DNA from: Raja brachyura
Lineage: Eukaryota
Direction: 5' to 3'
Length of the DNA stretch: 64,000 nucleotides
Assembly (NCBI GenBank): GCA_963514005.1
Contig: OY740809.1
Location: forward strand, 28,892,001-28,956,000
The first letter of the stretch is position 1; each line of letters opens with the position of its first letter. Below are positions 12,671 through 26,800 of the stretch, in pieces. The position numbers and the translations under genes were made by a program. The notes below the pieces were generated by a model. The model saw nothing but the letters and a program-made list of their open reading frames with translations. It made no database searches and was not told the origin of the DNA.

Positions 12671-13660
12671 ACATCAAAGGGGATGATGTTCAAGGAAAAT
12701 GGAGAATCATTGTTGGCTTGGGGAAGGTGAGAACAAAGCATACAAAGATCAAATTTAATCAGGACAGTCAGACTGGTCAGAGAACTTGGGGAGGGAGGGA
12801 TGGAGAGGGAAAGCAAGGGTTACAAAGTTAGATTGGATTGTAAACTACCCAGGCGAAATATGAGGTGCTGTTCCTACAATTTGCAAACCTCTGACTCACC
12901 TAAAGGAACTGTCACGGTCCTTGAACGGAGTCGAGGGAGGAGGTATAAGGACAGGCGTTGAATCTTCTGCAGTTGCACAAGGAAGCACCTGGGGGGGGGG
13001 GGGGGGGGGTCTTTTGGGTGGGAAGGGAAGTTAAGGGGTGAAAGGTGAGGACTAGGGGGACTCTGTCCCTGTTGCAACTGGGGGGAGGGGGAGCAAAAGC
13101 AAAGCTGTAGGGTATCGAGTAGACACGTGTGAGGGCCTCATATATGATGGCAGAGGGGGACCACGGTTCCCTACAGAATGAGGATGTCTCAGATGTCCTG
13201 GCATGGAATACCTCACCTTGGGCACAGATGCAACGTAGACAGAGGGATTGGGAGTAGGGGATAGGAGGCAGGGTGGGAAGAAGTGTTGTCTAGATAGCTG
13301 TGGGAATCAGTAGCATTTCTCCCTCAACCACCCCCCCCCCCCCCCCAAAAAACATATTTTACACTGCCAATCAAACTATTGAGACGTAGGAAGAACCCAG
13401 GGCGCCCAGAAGAAACCCATGAGGTCACAGGGAAATGTACGAACTCCAAATAAAGAGCATTGGAAGTCAAGATTGAACACAGGTCCCCGACGATGAGAGG
13501 CAGGGCTTCACGCCCTGCCTGTTTCTACTACACTTGGCGCAGCAGCCAAACTTTGCCAGTAAGATCCAGTACAGCAGTTGCCTATTAATCTGTCTATTGG
13601 CACAGTGCATAGAACCGCAATCCTGGCCGTTAAGAATTTATACAATGTTTCACATCCTAA

Positions 13661-13981
13661 AACCCCTGTCCCACAGTACGAGTTCATTCCAAGAGTTCTC
13701 CCCAGTTTGCCCTGATTCGAACTCAGAGATTTATGGTAATGGCCACTCGTCGGTACTCGGGGCTCTCAGGAACATTTTTCATCATGTTGAAAAATCTTCA
13801 CGAGTCTTCCCGTGCTTACCTGCCGTTAGCGAGTCTTCCCGAGTACCTTCCGTTAGCACTAAGAGACGCCCCGAGCTTTTCGAAATACCCGCTACGTCCA
13901 TTCTCCGTGCTTACCATGAGTTTGATTTTTTTTTAACTCGGAAGAGCTCTTGGAATGAACTCGCACGGTGGGACAGGGCTA
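13661..13981. mobile_element. PIF/Harbinger-like MITE
   Basis: ~40-bp TIR CCCTGTCCCACAGTACGAGTTCATTCCAAGAG / CTCTTGGAATGAACTCGCACGGTGGGACAGGG with TAA and TTA flanks. Confidence 0.75.
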
Positions 13982-16498
13982 TTAGGAAGTTGCAACCCAC
14001 CTCACAGAGTACTTATTTATAAAATTCTGAGGAACATATATTTTCCACACAAAGGGTGGTAGTTATCTGGAACAAGCTGCAGAGACAGCGAAATTAGATA
14101 TAGCTATAATGTTTAAAAGGCATTTGGAAAGTTGTTGGTGTAGGAAAGGTAGACATGGATGTGGTTAACACTGGCAAGTGGGATTAGCACATATAGGCAT
14201 TACAGCCAGCAAAGACGAAGACAGCAAAAAGGGGACCTTGCTTCTGTACTGTACTATTCCATGAACATTTATCAATGTGTCACCAAGCTTCGAACAAGAG
14301 CAAATGCTAATTCTCTAAATGTCATCTGAGGCACCACTCCTCAAAACCAACCACAAAACACACGGTCTCAAGGTTTAACATTTGTCCCGAAGGATTGTAT
14401 GTTCAGTAATGCAACACCCCTTTATTCATATAATTCTTAAATGTCAGCCAAGAATGTGCATATTCAATGTTTGGTCTAAACACAGAACGTCCACCCTTAG
14501 AGCACCAGCAAATAAACAATTGGTTTTCAGAACCCACCCTCTTTGCTCCTAACTATGGACGAGCAGCATGCAATACATCAATTTGACAACATCTTTTAGC
14601 AACAAATTTGGAGTTAAATCTTTTTTTTCTTTCAAAGTACAGGATGATTTAAATGAACTTTGATCTAAAACTGCCTAGCCTCATTATTCTAACAAATTTC
14701 CCAGGCAAAGTAGCAGTGATTTCATGCCAGATATCAATTCCAATTAAATAGGCGTAGGCCAAATGCTCCACTCAGATGGAAGAGATAAACCAGCCTCAAT
14801 GGTATTCATCTGTTCAAAATAATGAAGATTAAATCAATATTCAAAAATAATGATCCTTCAACAGTTATTTAGTTACTTTGGTTTGGCATAAAGCAATCTT
14901 TAAAGATTTAAATATTTTGAGGTCAAAATCTGTTTGCCTACCTATAATTTAGAAAGTTCACATTTAAATTATAATTTCTAATAACCATCCAAGATCCTGA
15001 ACCTCCAATTGGGTATACTTACATTTTAAAACATATCCTGGTCTTTACTAGCTCCACTGAAGGTATATTTTTTAACTAGTCATTATATACTTGGTCCCCA
15101 TCTGCAAGTACATCTGTAGCTGCCCTTGGAGGCTGGCCGTGAGAAAAGGTTTGTAATGGAAGATTTTGTATAATTGAGTTCAAGAATTCGGAAAGTCAGA
15201 TGAGAGTTAGTGATGTTATCCATGGTCTTCTGAATGATGAAAGTTCACGGTTCAGGGGCATCACTGTACAATCTTCACACGGTAACTATTGTAGCCACAG
15301 TATCCGAATGAGGGAGAGATGCGACATCAAGTAGTCTTCATTGCTTAATGCGTTATTTGGTGCACTTTTTATATCGTTGACCTCAAGGAAAACTATCTGA
15401 CAAGTTGAACAGCACAAGATAGACATCCATCTGTTTATCTATGTTTTATGTGCTTATTACAAACCCTATTGATGTGCAAAATGTAACACATTTCTTTAGT
15501 CAGTCACCCAACATCACCATAACACACACACACTTAAAATAGCTATCACATTTGGAGTTAGAGAATTTAATATTCTATTATTTAGGAAAATGCCTTCCAA
15601 TTCAAACAGTGATTTATGACAGCTTCAGCCATTGTGATCTTTCTTCATAGATTCTACCTCAATACTAAATTAGTTGCACTGCACATCACTCCATTAAAAT
15701 CTGAATGGAAATGACAAACCCCCAAATTCATTTTACACATTAAGAACATTTAGTCTGTCAGTTAGGACTGGCCTAAAATACAAGCCACAGTGGCTTAAAT
15801 CAAGGAATGAATCCTTTGCACTAAATCAATGAGCTCAGAGTCAACTAAAATAACATGCATAAAAATGTACTCAACAGGTGATGACAGAGCAAAATGAAAA
15901 AATATTTTTTCAAAATATATTTAAGAGTAATTATCACTCTGCTTGTTGAGTAGCTGCAGTCTTATCTTAATGTATCCCCTAATTTCTTCAACTATAAGCA
16001 GCTGGGTTCAAATCTTATAGCTGTGTGGTCAGTGCAGTTATCGCCATTGTTATTATTTCAAACCATAAGTGAAAAGAGAAATCACATTTGAGCCAATACA
16101 CTTTTATTATATGATATACTTGTGCGACACCCTGAATTTATCGCCTCAATGCTTCATCCTATTGTAATACAACAGAAAATATTATCCAGACACTACCCAA
16201 GGTTCGAAGGACAAAATCTAAAATGTCAATAATTGCAGGGCGAGGGATTACAGTGCAAGAGCACACTGAACATTTCACATCCCTCCTTAATGTTTTCTGA
16301 TATCTAGTGACATTTATAAGCCATTAAACTCAGACAAAATTAGGATTACCAGGGTTTAAGTAAACAGATTCTCTTGAAAAAGCATATTAAAAAAAAGAAA
16401 CTTAACACTTAATACTCAAAAGTTCCAACTGACTTTTGAAAGTTGACAATTTTCACCATGTTACAACTTTCCAATTAACATTTCTTAGTATGACCAAC

Positions 16499-18064
16499 CT
16501 TTTTAACACACTCCTCCTCCTCTTGACGTTTTTCGTAATGAGAAAAGTCATCAAAGATGGAGGTCATATGCTTGTAACTGGCAATAATTTTCAGAACCTG
16601 CTTGGCCTTTTCCAAGGGCACTTCCTGAGTGTCTCGGGAGTTGGTGACAGGTTTGTTCTCATTGTTTTCCAGACGAATATGCCGCAGTTGACTATTGGGC
16701 ACGTCCTTCACAAATATCCACCTGACGTCAAACCGTCCCTTCCACTTATCCTGAGACCACACCCCAGCACAAGTGTTGTAGTCTACAGTTGACTTCATCT
16801 CGGCAACACCACAAAAGTGACCACTCCCATTGACACTAAACAAGAGGTAAACAGGGCCTTTGCCGTTCATCGTACGGTAGGCTGCATCCAGTCTCTTGTT
16901 GCCATGCTCGGTACTACACCAAATGGAATATTTTATAGAGCGATGGATGTCATCCTCAGAGTAGCTCTTAATGATGAAAACTCGTCCATGTTTGGGGTTC
17001 CAGTCAAAATCCTTAGGGTTGTAGTTGTTGACAGAACGCAATTTCTCCAAAACTGGGTGCGCTTCCATTGAAGCAGAATTTGAATTCCCATGCGGCAGCC
17101 CGATGCCTCCAGCATCCACGCCATTTTGGCCAAATCCCGCAGCACGGTTGCGGGGTGCAACCCAGCGATTTGGCTGCGGCTGCTGCTGCACTGGCTGTGA
17201 GGACACTTGCTGCTGCTGGCCCGAGGATACTTGCTGAGGCTGCATATTGACCACCTGCTGGTTCATTGGCAGCGGAGGTGGCTGGCCTTGCTGCTGGCCA
17301 CTGGCTTGAGTTGATGGCGGAGGAGCAGTTTTGGCCACTGTCCCTTTGTTATCCCAAGTACCAATATCCATATTATGTTTAATTGGAGGCGGTGGAAGGG
17401 ATGGCCCACTGGACCCACCTTTTGCTTTCTTGGGTTGGGGTTTTGCAGGCTTGCTTGCAATGTCCGCCCATGAAGCTGGCTTGGGGGGAGCAATTGTAGT
17501 TGGTGGCATGGGATTAGAAGGTATTGCATTATTTGAAATAGTCGATATAGGATTGCTCCCAACAGCAGAACCTACCATTTTAGATACATTACTAGCAACC
17601 TCACCACCACTTATTTTCAGTCCTGTCATTCCATGGTCAATGCTATTCATACCCGGTGCTTTATTCAGTGTATCGTTGGCAAAGGTTGACTGTCCATCCA
17701 TCATAGCTCCGCCCAGAGAGCTAGGAGGATAGGCATAACTGCTGGGGCTATAGCCTGAGCTTTGAGTGGACTGTCCCTGAGAACTGCTGGTCCCCCAAGC
17801 TGAGAAGTCCACGCCACTTGGAAAGAAGTTAAACCCATGCTGACTCATGAAAGGAGTATTACCCAAAGTCCCAGGCTGTCCAAACATGGCATCAGGTAGA
17901 AAATGATGCTCTCCATTACTCAGCTGTCCATATGATGTCAGATAGGGCATAGGTGGATCTCCTCCAGTAGACCAAGCCGCCTCACTCAATGAATACTGGA
18001 ACCCTATAGATGGACTATAGTAACTTGGTAAGTAGGAGTCAGACATGGCAGTATACGTATTGTT
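16499..18064 (-). CDS. YTHDF2: YTHDF2 large coding exon 4: P/Q-rich low-complexity region plus YTH m6A-binding domain
   Basis: 1566 nt inside ORF 16475..18070, from ttttgcAG|AAC to AAG|GTTGGT. Contains [24 protein letters not shown] and [10 protein letters not shown] (aromatic-cage Trp residues). [29 protein letters not shown] and [14 protein letters not shown] fit the DF2 paralog. Confidence 0.97.
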
Positions 18065-21000
18065 CTGCAAAACAAAAATAAAAATATTCAGTGATGAAAG
18101 ACATTACACAGAATGAACACTTTGGACAATCTAAATTATATTAAAACATTTAAATTAACTGCCAATGAACAGCAGGAATATGCAACGCTCTCACTGGGAT
18201 TTTCATATCATTGATATAACTGCACAAAGTTATCATAAGCCACTTTAAACATCAATTATAGCAACAGAAAGAAACGTGTAACAGGAATCTCAAGACCATA
18301 CGTCAGATACAGTGTAGCCCCATAATTATAAAACTCTATTGCAGATTTGCAATTGGAAACTACTTGGTACAAGACATTTTTGGCTAAAGAATGAATTTAA
18401 AAGCCATGTAAAGAATACATTAAATTGGAATCAAAATTAGAAATTTCAGATTCCCGAGTTTGTTATCTTTACATAGACTCCAATCTTCACACAATAGGTT
18501 TTCCATGCCCAAGATATTTTTATGTTGAAAAAACATTGCATGTACAAAAACATTATCTGGAAATATGGGGAATACAACATATGAATCTAGTCACTAAATG
18601 GCAGAATGAATTATACTTAACATAAATTGAGGGCATGAAGATTCTTTCTGTTAGCATTCCATCCTTTATGGAACTAGTCTGATTATCTAAATTCAGCACA
18701 AACTTGTTCCTAACTGAACAGATTATTAATACTAGTCCCTGAATATAATTATACTAATACTAGTCTAGCATAATGTTTGATAGTGCTTGAGAAAGCAGGA
18801 AGCACCACCAGCACGTAGCATGATGTTCAAGATGTGGAAACTTCATAGTTGCGCTTTTACACAATTTGGGAATGTTCACACCATTTGCTTCCATTAACAT
18901 GTCCCACAACGCAAGTACAAACTTTTAAGTACAAAGCAGCTTGCAAAATACTTCCAACACTCTATTCACAATATCACAATCACCAAAATTGACTGAGCAA
19001 CAGGGTAAATCACAATGAAAGGACAAATCTTTGCCAAGCTAATCAGATTTCAACTTTTTTCCCTGCAATACATTGGTTTAAAATACTTTGCTTTAAGTAC
19101 AGCTCACACTCTGCAAAGCAACTTGGCTAGAAACATTTACTTGGAAGTACATAAAAGTAATCTTTACTGAAGTTCAAACCATATGCATAATTATATTGTA
19201 TTAAAATTACAAGAGCATAATGGAGAAATACCACAGTCTATTATTCATTTCTATTGTTACAAATCACAGTACGCATCCTTCGCAATGTTGAGAGCACAAA
19301 AAGAGGAAACATATCATTTTCCAGCAAGATAAAACTAATAATTTATTTGGAATGGTTTTCCAGCTACAAGCTGATTTCAGATAATTTTCCATGAATTAAC
19401 TGGATGTAGCTTGATTTCCCTTCAATTTGACATTTAACTATCTGATGTTCCTGCACGATCCCCCTCTTAACATTCAGATATCTAACCAGGAAGAGACATT
19501 AGTAATTTTCCCTCAAAGGCTTAACAAAGATGGGCACCAAAAATTAGTGATCTTACATGAGCCAGAGTGGATTCTTGTCCTATCATTACAGCTGCTTTAA
19601 CTAAAGATGTGCCTGAAACTTCATGTAAAACAAACTAAATATATAGTCTCAGAAGAAAATGTTACAACTGCTTGCATTTACAGAAGATGCCAAGTGTGCA
19701 AACTGATACCTGAATCTCACCTTGTGTCTTTGTGAGTTATGACTCCATAGGAAACAAACTCTCTCTTTATTTGAACTTCGTAAATTGTGAGCAAGGTAGC
19801 AAAAAAAGTAGTTTTTGGAGCAGGAGAGTAAAGATTGTAGAAGGACTAATAAGGAATACTTCAGCAAATAATTAATCAGAACCAAACACTTGTTATGGGA
19901 CATAAAAAAGAGGACACAGCAGATCTCATTTAGCTCCAGTAAGAGTGGCAGTCAGTCAGTCAGGTTTTAAATTGCAACTTAGTGAAAGGAAGAATTCAAT
20001 AAGAGCAAGGCGGGGCAAGGGCAGGTTGGAGAACAGGATTTACGGCCAGTATAAGATTGAAAGATTTGGCTTGGGACAGAGGAGGAAATTCAGGGATCTA
20101 AACTATTCTAAAAATAAATATTTCACCATTGAGGAGCAATATGCATTATGTTGTAATTTAGTTTAGTGACCAGTTGCTCTAAATGAATAATTCACACTTC
20201 TGATGTTTTTCAGGCAGCCTATGAAAAGATTGGCATAGATATAAAACTATCGTAAAGGAATATCACTGTTTTACCACTATCTGGACATATGTTGGACTGC
20301 ATAAGTCTACTGCAACAGTATAGGAGGCGGGAAAGCTCTCTATAGTCAATAAGTAACAATCCAAGAAGGAATCCCTTGCAAATCTGAAATGGAAAATTGA
20401 AGGGAAAAAATAGGAAAAGCTTCAAACAGAAAATCTGAAAAGTTATAGCCAAAAGCTATTCCATCAGTGCAAAAAACCCAGAGCCTGAAGTTCAGATGAA
20501 GCATGAAAAGATAATTGTGGGTGTGGATCAGCAGACGTTAGGATCAAATTTGGAGAAATATGATTGGCGTGAGAATATGATGGAACTCAACATAAGGATG
20601 ATTAAATGAATGGCATTTGGGACGAGTTAATCAGGTTAGCGAGGCAGCTCTTTTCCTGTCAATCATACCAATTGACAAGCTAAGAGCATAGTCTTGGATA
20701 ACATGTGAATTGCAGAGGTGGAGAAAAGGGGAGACCCAGCACTAGATATTACGTTTATGGTAATAAGAGGCTGTGGTTAAGGACAAGCAAATAAATTCAA
20801 TGATCTTGTAACATAAAGGATATATGTCTGAGGTTAAGCAGGATACTGAGGCATTAATTAGTCACTCGTATTTATAGCATTGCATTTTAAATTTCCAGTG
20901 TCTGCACTTTCTTGCTCCCTATGCTGGGTAGAAGATAATTTTTACGTTAAAATATTGCAGATGCTGAAAATAAAAATACAATGGAAGTATTGATAATGAA

Positions 21001-21469
21001 AGGTCAGTGACATTAACTCTCTCCATAAATGTTGGCTGCTGTAAGCAGCATCTCCAGAAGGTTTTCATTTTAGGCCATTGCATCCCCTTTTGTGTCATTC
21101 TGGCTGAAACCAGTAAACTCACCAAGGCCATTAAATCATGATGACTAAGTATTGTCTGAGCTACCAGGGAGAGAACCTTTTAGAAAATATTTTCAAATGG
21201 AAGTGTCCAGCTTATTTATCTCAACCTCTATCAATGAAGTTTTGAAATATTAATCATATCTGCCAGCATTCTTGTCCTTTGTATTGCCTTTTAATTCCTC
21301 TCATTTAGATTAGTGCAACTGTAATTCCCCCAAGATGTTTTGGGAGACATTTCAAATACCTGGGTGTGGATTCAAAACACACTGATGAACAAACCAATAT
21401 TAGGTTTAGAATCTTACAGGAGTTCTTAAGTAGTTAAAATTAAAAGGAAATACAAGTTTACAAGGTGCT

Positions 21470-22490
21470 AGAGGATTGGAGGGTGGCAAACATTGTGCCT
21501 TTATTTAAGGGTTGCAAAAAAAAAACATGGCAACATTAGACCAGGAAGCCTAACATCTGTGGTAGACAAGTTACTAGAGCAGAGCAGATTTAAAGTGATA
21601 TACATGCATTTGGAAAGATGTGGCTTGATTAACGATAGCCAGGTTGGCTTTGTGTCCGGGAGATCATATCTCCCGAATTTTACATTTTTTTTTAAGTAAA
21701 CGAGAACATCGATGAGGCAGGGCAGTAGACTTGTTCTATATGGACTTTAGCAAGAACTTTGGAGAGGTTCTGAATGGCAGACTACTCTGGAAGTTTAGAT
21801 TGTGTGGAATCCAGGGAGCACTAGCTAATTGGATACATAATTGGCATGACGGAAAGCAGAGTGTGAATTTGGCAGGTTGTTGTTCAGATTAGAGTCATGT
21901 GGCTAATGGTGTGCCTTAGGGGGTCGATGCGGGGACCATTGTTGTTTGTCATCGATATCAACAATTTGGATGAGAATGTAAAAGGCATGGTTAGTACACT
22001 TGCAGATGACACTAAAATAGGTGGCCTCGTAGACAGTGAAGTGGGATCTTGATCAGCTGGGTAAGTGGGCAGAGGAATGACAGAGTTTGATTCGGATAAG
22101 TATGAAATGTAAGATTTGGGGAAGTCACACCAGGGTAGGATTTTCACTGTGAATGGTAGGGCCTTAGGGTGTGTTGTAGAACAGAGGCATGCATAACAAG
22201 TACATAGTTTCTTGTAAGTGGCTTCATAGGTAGTCAGGGGCTTACTGGTCTTCATCAATCAAGGCATTGAACAAAGAGGCAACATTTTCCACATAGTCGG
22301 TTGTACGGAAATGGAACAAGATGTCAGAGGAAATGGTCCATGCAGGTACAATAATATAATTGGACAGATACGTGGATACAAAAAGTTTAGAGGGATATGG
22401 CTCAAACACAGGCAAATGGTACCAGCATAGGTGGGCATCTTGGGTACATGGACGAGTCAGGCTGAAGGGCCTGCTTCCCTACTCTATGAC
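21470..22490 (+). mobile_element. Degraded CR1 LINE RT region and 3' end
   Basis: Remnants of EDWRVANIVPLFK, RP.SLTSVV.KLLE, Q.GFV.GRS.L.N and FADDTK-like (GCAGATGACACTAAA). Confidence 0.85.
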
Positions 22491-23212
22491 CGATTTCCAC
22501 AGCCAACAATTTACCAATTTCTGATCTTAAGTGTTCTTTTGTGGAATTGTGCACATAATGTTCTCCACACATGCACAAGTAAATTCATCACAAAAGGTAT
22601 TTGCTTGTAAACACATTTAACCCCCAGGAAAACTATTATTCTTCAGAGTACTAATAACGAAAGATTGTAGAATCTAGAACTGGGGGGGGGTGGGGGGTCA
22701 GAGTAAAAAAAATAAGGTGTTGACCGTATGATTGATCTTCCAGGAATGTTTGCACTCAGGTAAATAGCACCAACATATCCTAAGATACAACTGAAACTTG
22801 CAAACCATGATTAGGTTGCAGTTGGATGGAAAGAACAAAGGCAAAAACAGATGATATACACATGTTTATAATATGCTCACATTATCCAAGATCATTTAAA
22901 ATATTCTTAGACTACCTGGGCAGTTGTTCATCACAACAATCATATCCATGTGATAGTTACAAAGAGTAATCAAAGGTAAACCATACACCCCCCTCCCCCC
23001 TCCCAGAAAATTGATACTTCCACTTAACCTCCCTCTCCAACTTTAAACTTTTCTATGTAACCAAGAAAAAAAGCACAAACACCAAATTCAACATTAATTC
23101 GGGGACAATGGCAACTTTATTCTTGACAAAGTTTTCAACATTCTCTAAATTAACATTATTTTTTTCTCTCCCAATAAAAGCACAATTATTAGTAAAATAC
23201 ACACACACTCAC

Positions 23213-23292
23213 CTGCCTGGTCTGAGTGTTCAGATAAGGCTCAAAATCATCATCATTGAGTGCATCCTTTTGGTGAACCGCTCCATTTTGCA
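23213..23292 (-). CDS. YTHDF2: YTHDF2 coding exon 3 (VQNGAVHQKDALNDDDFEPYLNTQTRQ)
   Basis: 80 nt bounded by AG and GT, phase-consistent with exons 2 and 4; conserved NDDDFEPYL motif. Confidence 0.95.
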
Positions 23293-23674
23293 CTATAAAA
23301 GAAATGATCACAGAATAATTGAGAACGTTATGGCACAGAATCAGCCCAATGGGACTATGCCAAACATCAAGCATCTATTTTCACACCAATTTTACACTAA
23401 CCCATTTTATTCTCCCCACATTACCATTAATCCATGATTCCCATCAGCCCTCCCCACCCGTAGAGTCTACCAGTCAACCTTTTGCGATGACGGGGGACAT
23501 CACAGCACCCAGAGGAAACCCATGTAGCCATCTAGGAGAATGTACAAGCTCTCTACAGACAGCACTGTGGGTCAGGATCAAAACCAAGTCACTGGAAGGT
23601 AAGGCAGCTGCTCTAATTGTTTTTGCTACGAATGGAGGAGGGATGCAGAAATTCAATAAAACCTGGTAAATCAA

Positions 23675-23890
23675 AGATAGACACAAAATGCTGGAGTGAC
23701 TCAGTGGGACAGGCAGCATCTCTGGAAATAAGGAACGGGCGACGCTTCGGGTCAGACTGCAGAAGGAAGAAGGGTTTGGAAACGTTACTCAATCTTTCTT
23801 TCCAGAGATGCTGCCTGTCCCGCAGAGTTACTCCAGCATTTTGTATCTATCTTCGGTGTATAACCAGCATCTGCAGTTCCTTCCTACACA
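23675..23890. mobile_element. Older fold-back Penelope-derived element; related copies at ~760-900, 4475-4590, 6165-6255, 24760-24920, 26565-26800, 32730-32840, 34178-34350
   Basis: AGATAGACACAAAATGCTGGAGT..GGGACAGGCAGCATCTCTGG ... CCAGAGATGCTGCCTGTCCCGC..ACTCCAGCATTTTGTATCTATCT inverted arms plus the CCAGCATCTGCAGTTCCT tail. Confidence 0.75.
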
Positions 23891-26800
23891 AAACTTATCA
23901 ATAGCAGAAAACCTCCAATAGCCAAATGGAGAGTCATTAGCCACCAGGACTAAATCAAAGCTGGATCTAGTTACATATGAAATTGAAAACTAAAATAAAA
24001 TTAGATGGAAGACAAAAACATCTTGTTTAGCCCCATTCCAATAGCTCTCTGTCCTAGATAACTTGCAGAAAGAGAAACAATGCATCAGCATCCTTACTAG
24101 ACACTCCTGCACTTTTAAACTGGCTGACTCACGAGCTCACCGTTCAATCTTATTTACTTAGTAGGCCAGTCAAGCATGTGGTGTAACCATTCAAAGATAT
24201 GGCACTCCTGCCAAGATAAAATGCTAAATGCCTTTCCTGGTTCATTGTTTTGTTAACAGGGCATATAAACAGTTTAAAAACACCAGGCAACCAGTAATAC
24301 ATCCCTTGTCCAGCACTTTGAATATATATCTTAGGAGTTATCAGAAAAAAAAAAGTACTTTTAAATGAATGTGTCCACAATGTGAATTGCTGGTTCCAAA
24401 GCAAAAAATACTGCCTAGTATGCATTTGGAAAGTCGCATTTAATCCTAATTGTGGATAATTTGTGCCAGAGCACAAATGATGTTCTCCAATTTGTCAGAC
24501 CAATACCAATCTAAGAAGATGCATATCAACCAAAGTTCCACACCTAATAAAGATAAAATGTCTCCTGTAGAAAGTCCAACAGCTTTAGACATCAACCAAT
24601 GTAACACCCCGCAAACGGTACCCACAGCAATATTGAACCTCACCAATGCTTCTGTACCCCATACTCTAGCACACACCTTACATCATAAGATTATTGAAAA
24701 TTTGGGGATAAACAAGGAAGAAACAAAACTGGAAATAGAAAACAAAGTTTCTGCAGAAACAAGGAACTGCTGATAACTGGTTTACACAAAAGGACACAAA
24801 GTGCTGGAGTAACTCAGCTAGTCAAGCAGCATCTCTGGAGCACATGGATAGGTGATGTTTCGGGTCTGGACCCGTCTTCAGTTTGACCCACTGAATTACT
24901 CCAGCAGTTTGTGTCCAAACAAAGTTTCTGGTTTGATAACCCCCACAACAAATCTGCTGCTGCTTGCATTACAACTAAAATCACATTATCAACAACATTA
25001 ATCAGGAATGTTAAATCTTTAGAAACTTTCGAACTGTGCTTAAGACTGCAGAAAGTGATAACATAACCTTTACAGTTGTAAGAAATGCTTTCATTGGTCT
25101 ATACCTATCAGTTGATCGTGTATATACAATTTACAGCAAAATTAAGATAAATCCTGGTCGATCTTTCTCTAGATTCCATACCAAACACAAGCCTGAGAAT
25201 GTGGTATGATTATTTCTAACAGGTCATTTTAGTTTAATTTGCTACAGGTTATTAGCCTGTGTGATATGTCTCAAGATTATTTACTCAGTCCTATATCTAT
25301 TTCACCCCTGTTTGAGGCCAATTGCCAACAAACCAATATAGAAGCGTGCACAAACAAAAGATAGAGGTATTTGAAGGAGGAGAAAGTTACAAACTGTTTG
25401 GAAAGTCAGACTGATTAACACTTGAATAATCAACTTGTTCTGGGCAGGGAATATGTACCATTTTGGCAGAGATCAAATGTTCAGCAAGGCAACAATAAGG
25501 AGGGGAAAGCATTTATTTTTTGTACACTGATGATAAACAGGGTGCTGGTGTAACTGTAAATATTTATATTTGAAAGTGTGCTTATTTTTCCAGAAATACA
25601 GGTTATGTAAACCAACACAAACAAGTTTACTCCAGGTGAATAAACTTTGGAAAGGAATGAGTAATATCTTGCCTCAAAAAGACCACAACATAATGACAGA
25701 AAATAATGGGAAGGTTTAAGAGTGGTAACAAAAATGTGGCCAGCCCTAGGTATGGGCACAAAGCAAAATAACACATATACTTATTTGACCTCATTGCTAA
25801 TCAATTACATAAAATATCAAAATTAACAACATTTTTCAAATAAACACAAGGACTTCTACTAAAAATATGGGCATCAAATGGATCCAAGCTTCTCAAGCAG
25901 ACGATTTTTGTTAATCGAGGTTTTTTTTTTCAATTGTCAGCTCATTGTAAGATTGTTAAACACGATAAAATGAAAATCATCATTCAACGAAAAATTGTGA
26001 CAGAAGAGACTGCAGATGCTGGAATCTGGAGGGGGGGGAAACACTGGAGGAATTCAGCGGATCGTGCAACATCTGTGGAGGCAGATGTTGCTCGATGTTT
26101 CCAGTCGAGAACCCTGTGCAAGGACTCAAACGTGGTGACATTGCCCTCCTCCCTTATTTATAAAAAACGCTGATTTAAACCTTCAAATGGTATTAGTGCG
26201 CCATTTTTTGAAAGAAAAATCTAAAACTAAGGAAGATTTACGATCAATCGAAATGTCTCGAGAAAACCCAAAATGATGATGTTACAGAAACACATTAGTC
26301 ATGCTTCCTGTTCAGGGTGCGATGTGTATCTTATAAGATCTTAAAGGATATTTTAAAATAAATCTCCCATGACAGGTTTATACCCCAAGGAGGGGGGGGG
26401 GGAGAGATAAGGTTAAAAGGTTAGTGAAGGGACAGAAGGTTGGGACGGAAAGGGGGAATTTATCGGAGGATTGACTGAACTCGAGCCCCAGGCTTTCAGG
26501 CCTGTCCACTGCCGTTTCCTTCTTACCCCACCCCGCTAAACGCACGAGTTTTCCTCATGGAAAAGCAGACACAGCATGTTGGAGTAACTCCGCGGGTCAG
26601 GCAGCATCTCTGGCGAGAGGGGACGGGTGACATTTCAGGTGGGGGAAGCCTGTGTAAAGACGTCTTCAGACAAGTCTGAGCCGAAACCTCCGGAGATGTT
26701 GCCTGTCCCGCTGAGTTACTCCAGCAATTGTGTGTGTGTGAGAGAGAGAGAGTCTCCGTCCATCTTCGGTGCAGAAAACCAGCATCTGCAGTTCCTTACT

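Larger units (their letters stand above)
12345..13315 (-). mobile_element. Penelope-like retroelement 3' fragment (RT thumb, Cys-rich linker, end of GIY-YIG region, pLTR-like tail), internally deleted
   Basis: Manual minus-strand translation gives YLDNTSSHPA.., PYSQSLCLRCICAQ.., PGASLCNCRRFNACPYTSSLDSVQGP and EQHLIFRLGSLQ, motifs typical of vertebrate Penelope-like element ORFs. Confidence 0.8.

Noticed and set aside
13534-14022. 162-aa plus-strand ORF
   Set aside because: Runs through the MITE at 13661-13981, has a non-ATG start and shows no protein motif.
16436-17732. Plus-strand and alternative-frame ORFs over YTHDF2 exon 4; likewise ORF 40524..41111 over the GMEB1 last exon
   Set aside because: Shadow ORFs of real coding exons with no recognisable protein features.
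24420-24560. Strong-looking acceptor (TTTTATCTTTATTAG|G near 24545, minus strand) in YTHDF2 intron 2
   Set aside because: No convincing downstream donor was found, so an exon cannot be supported.
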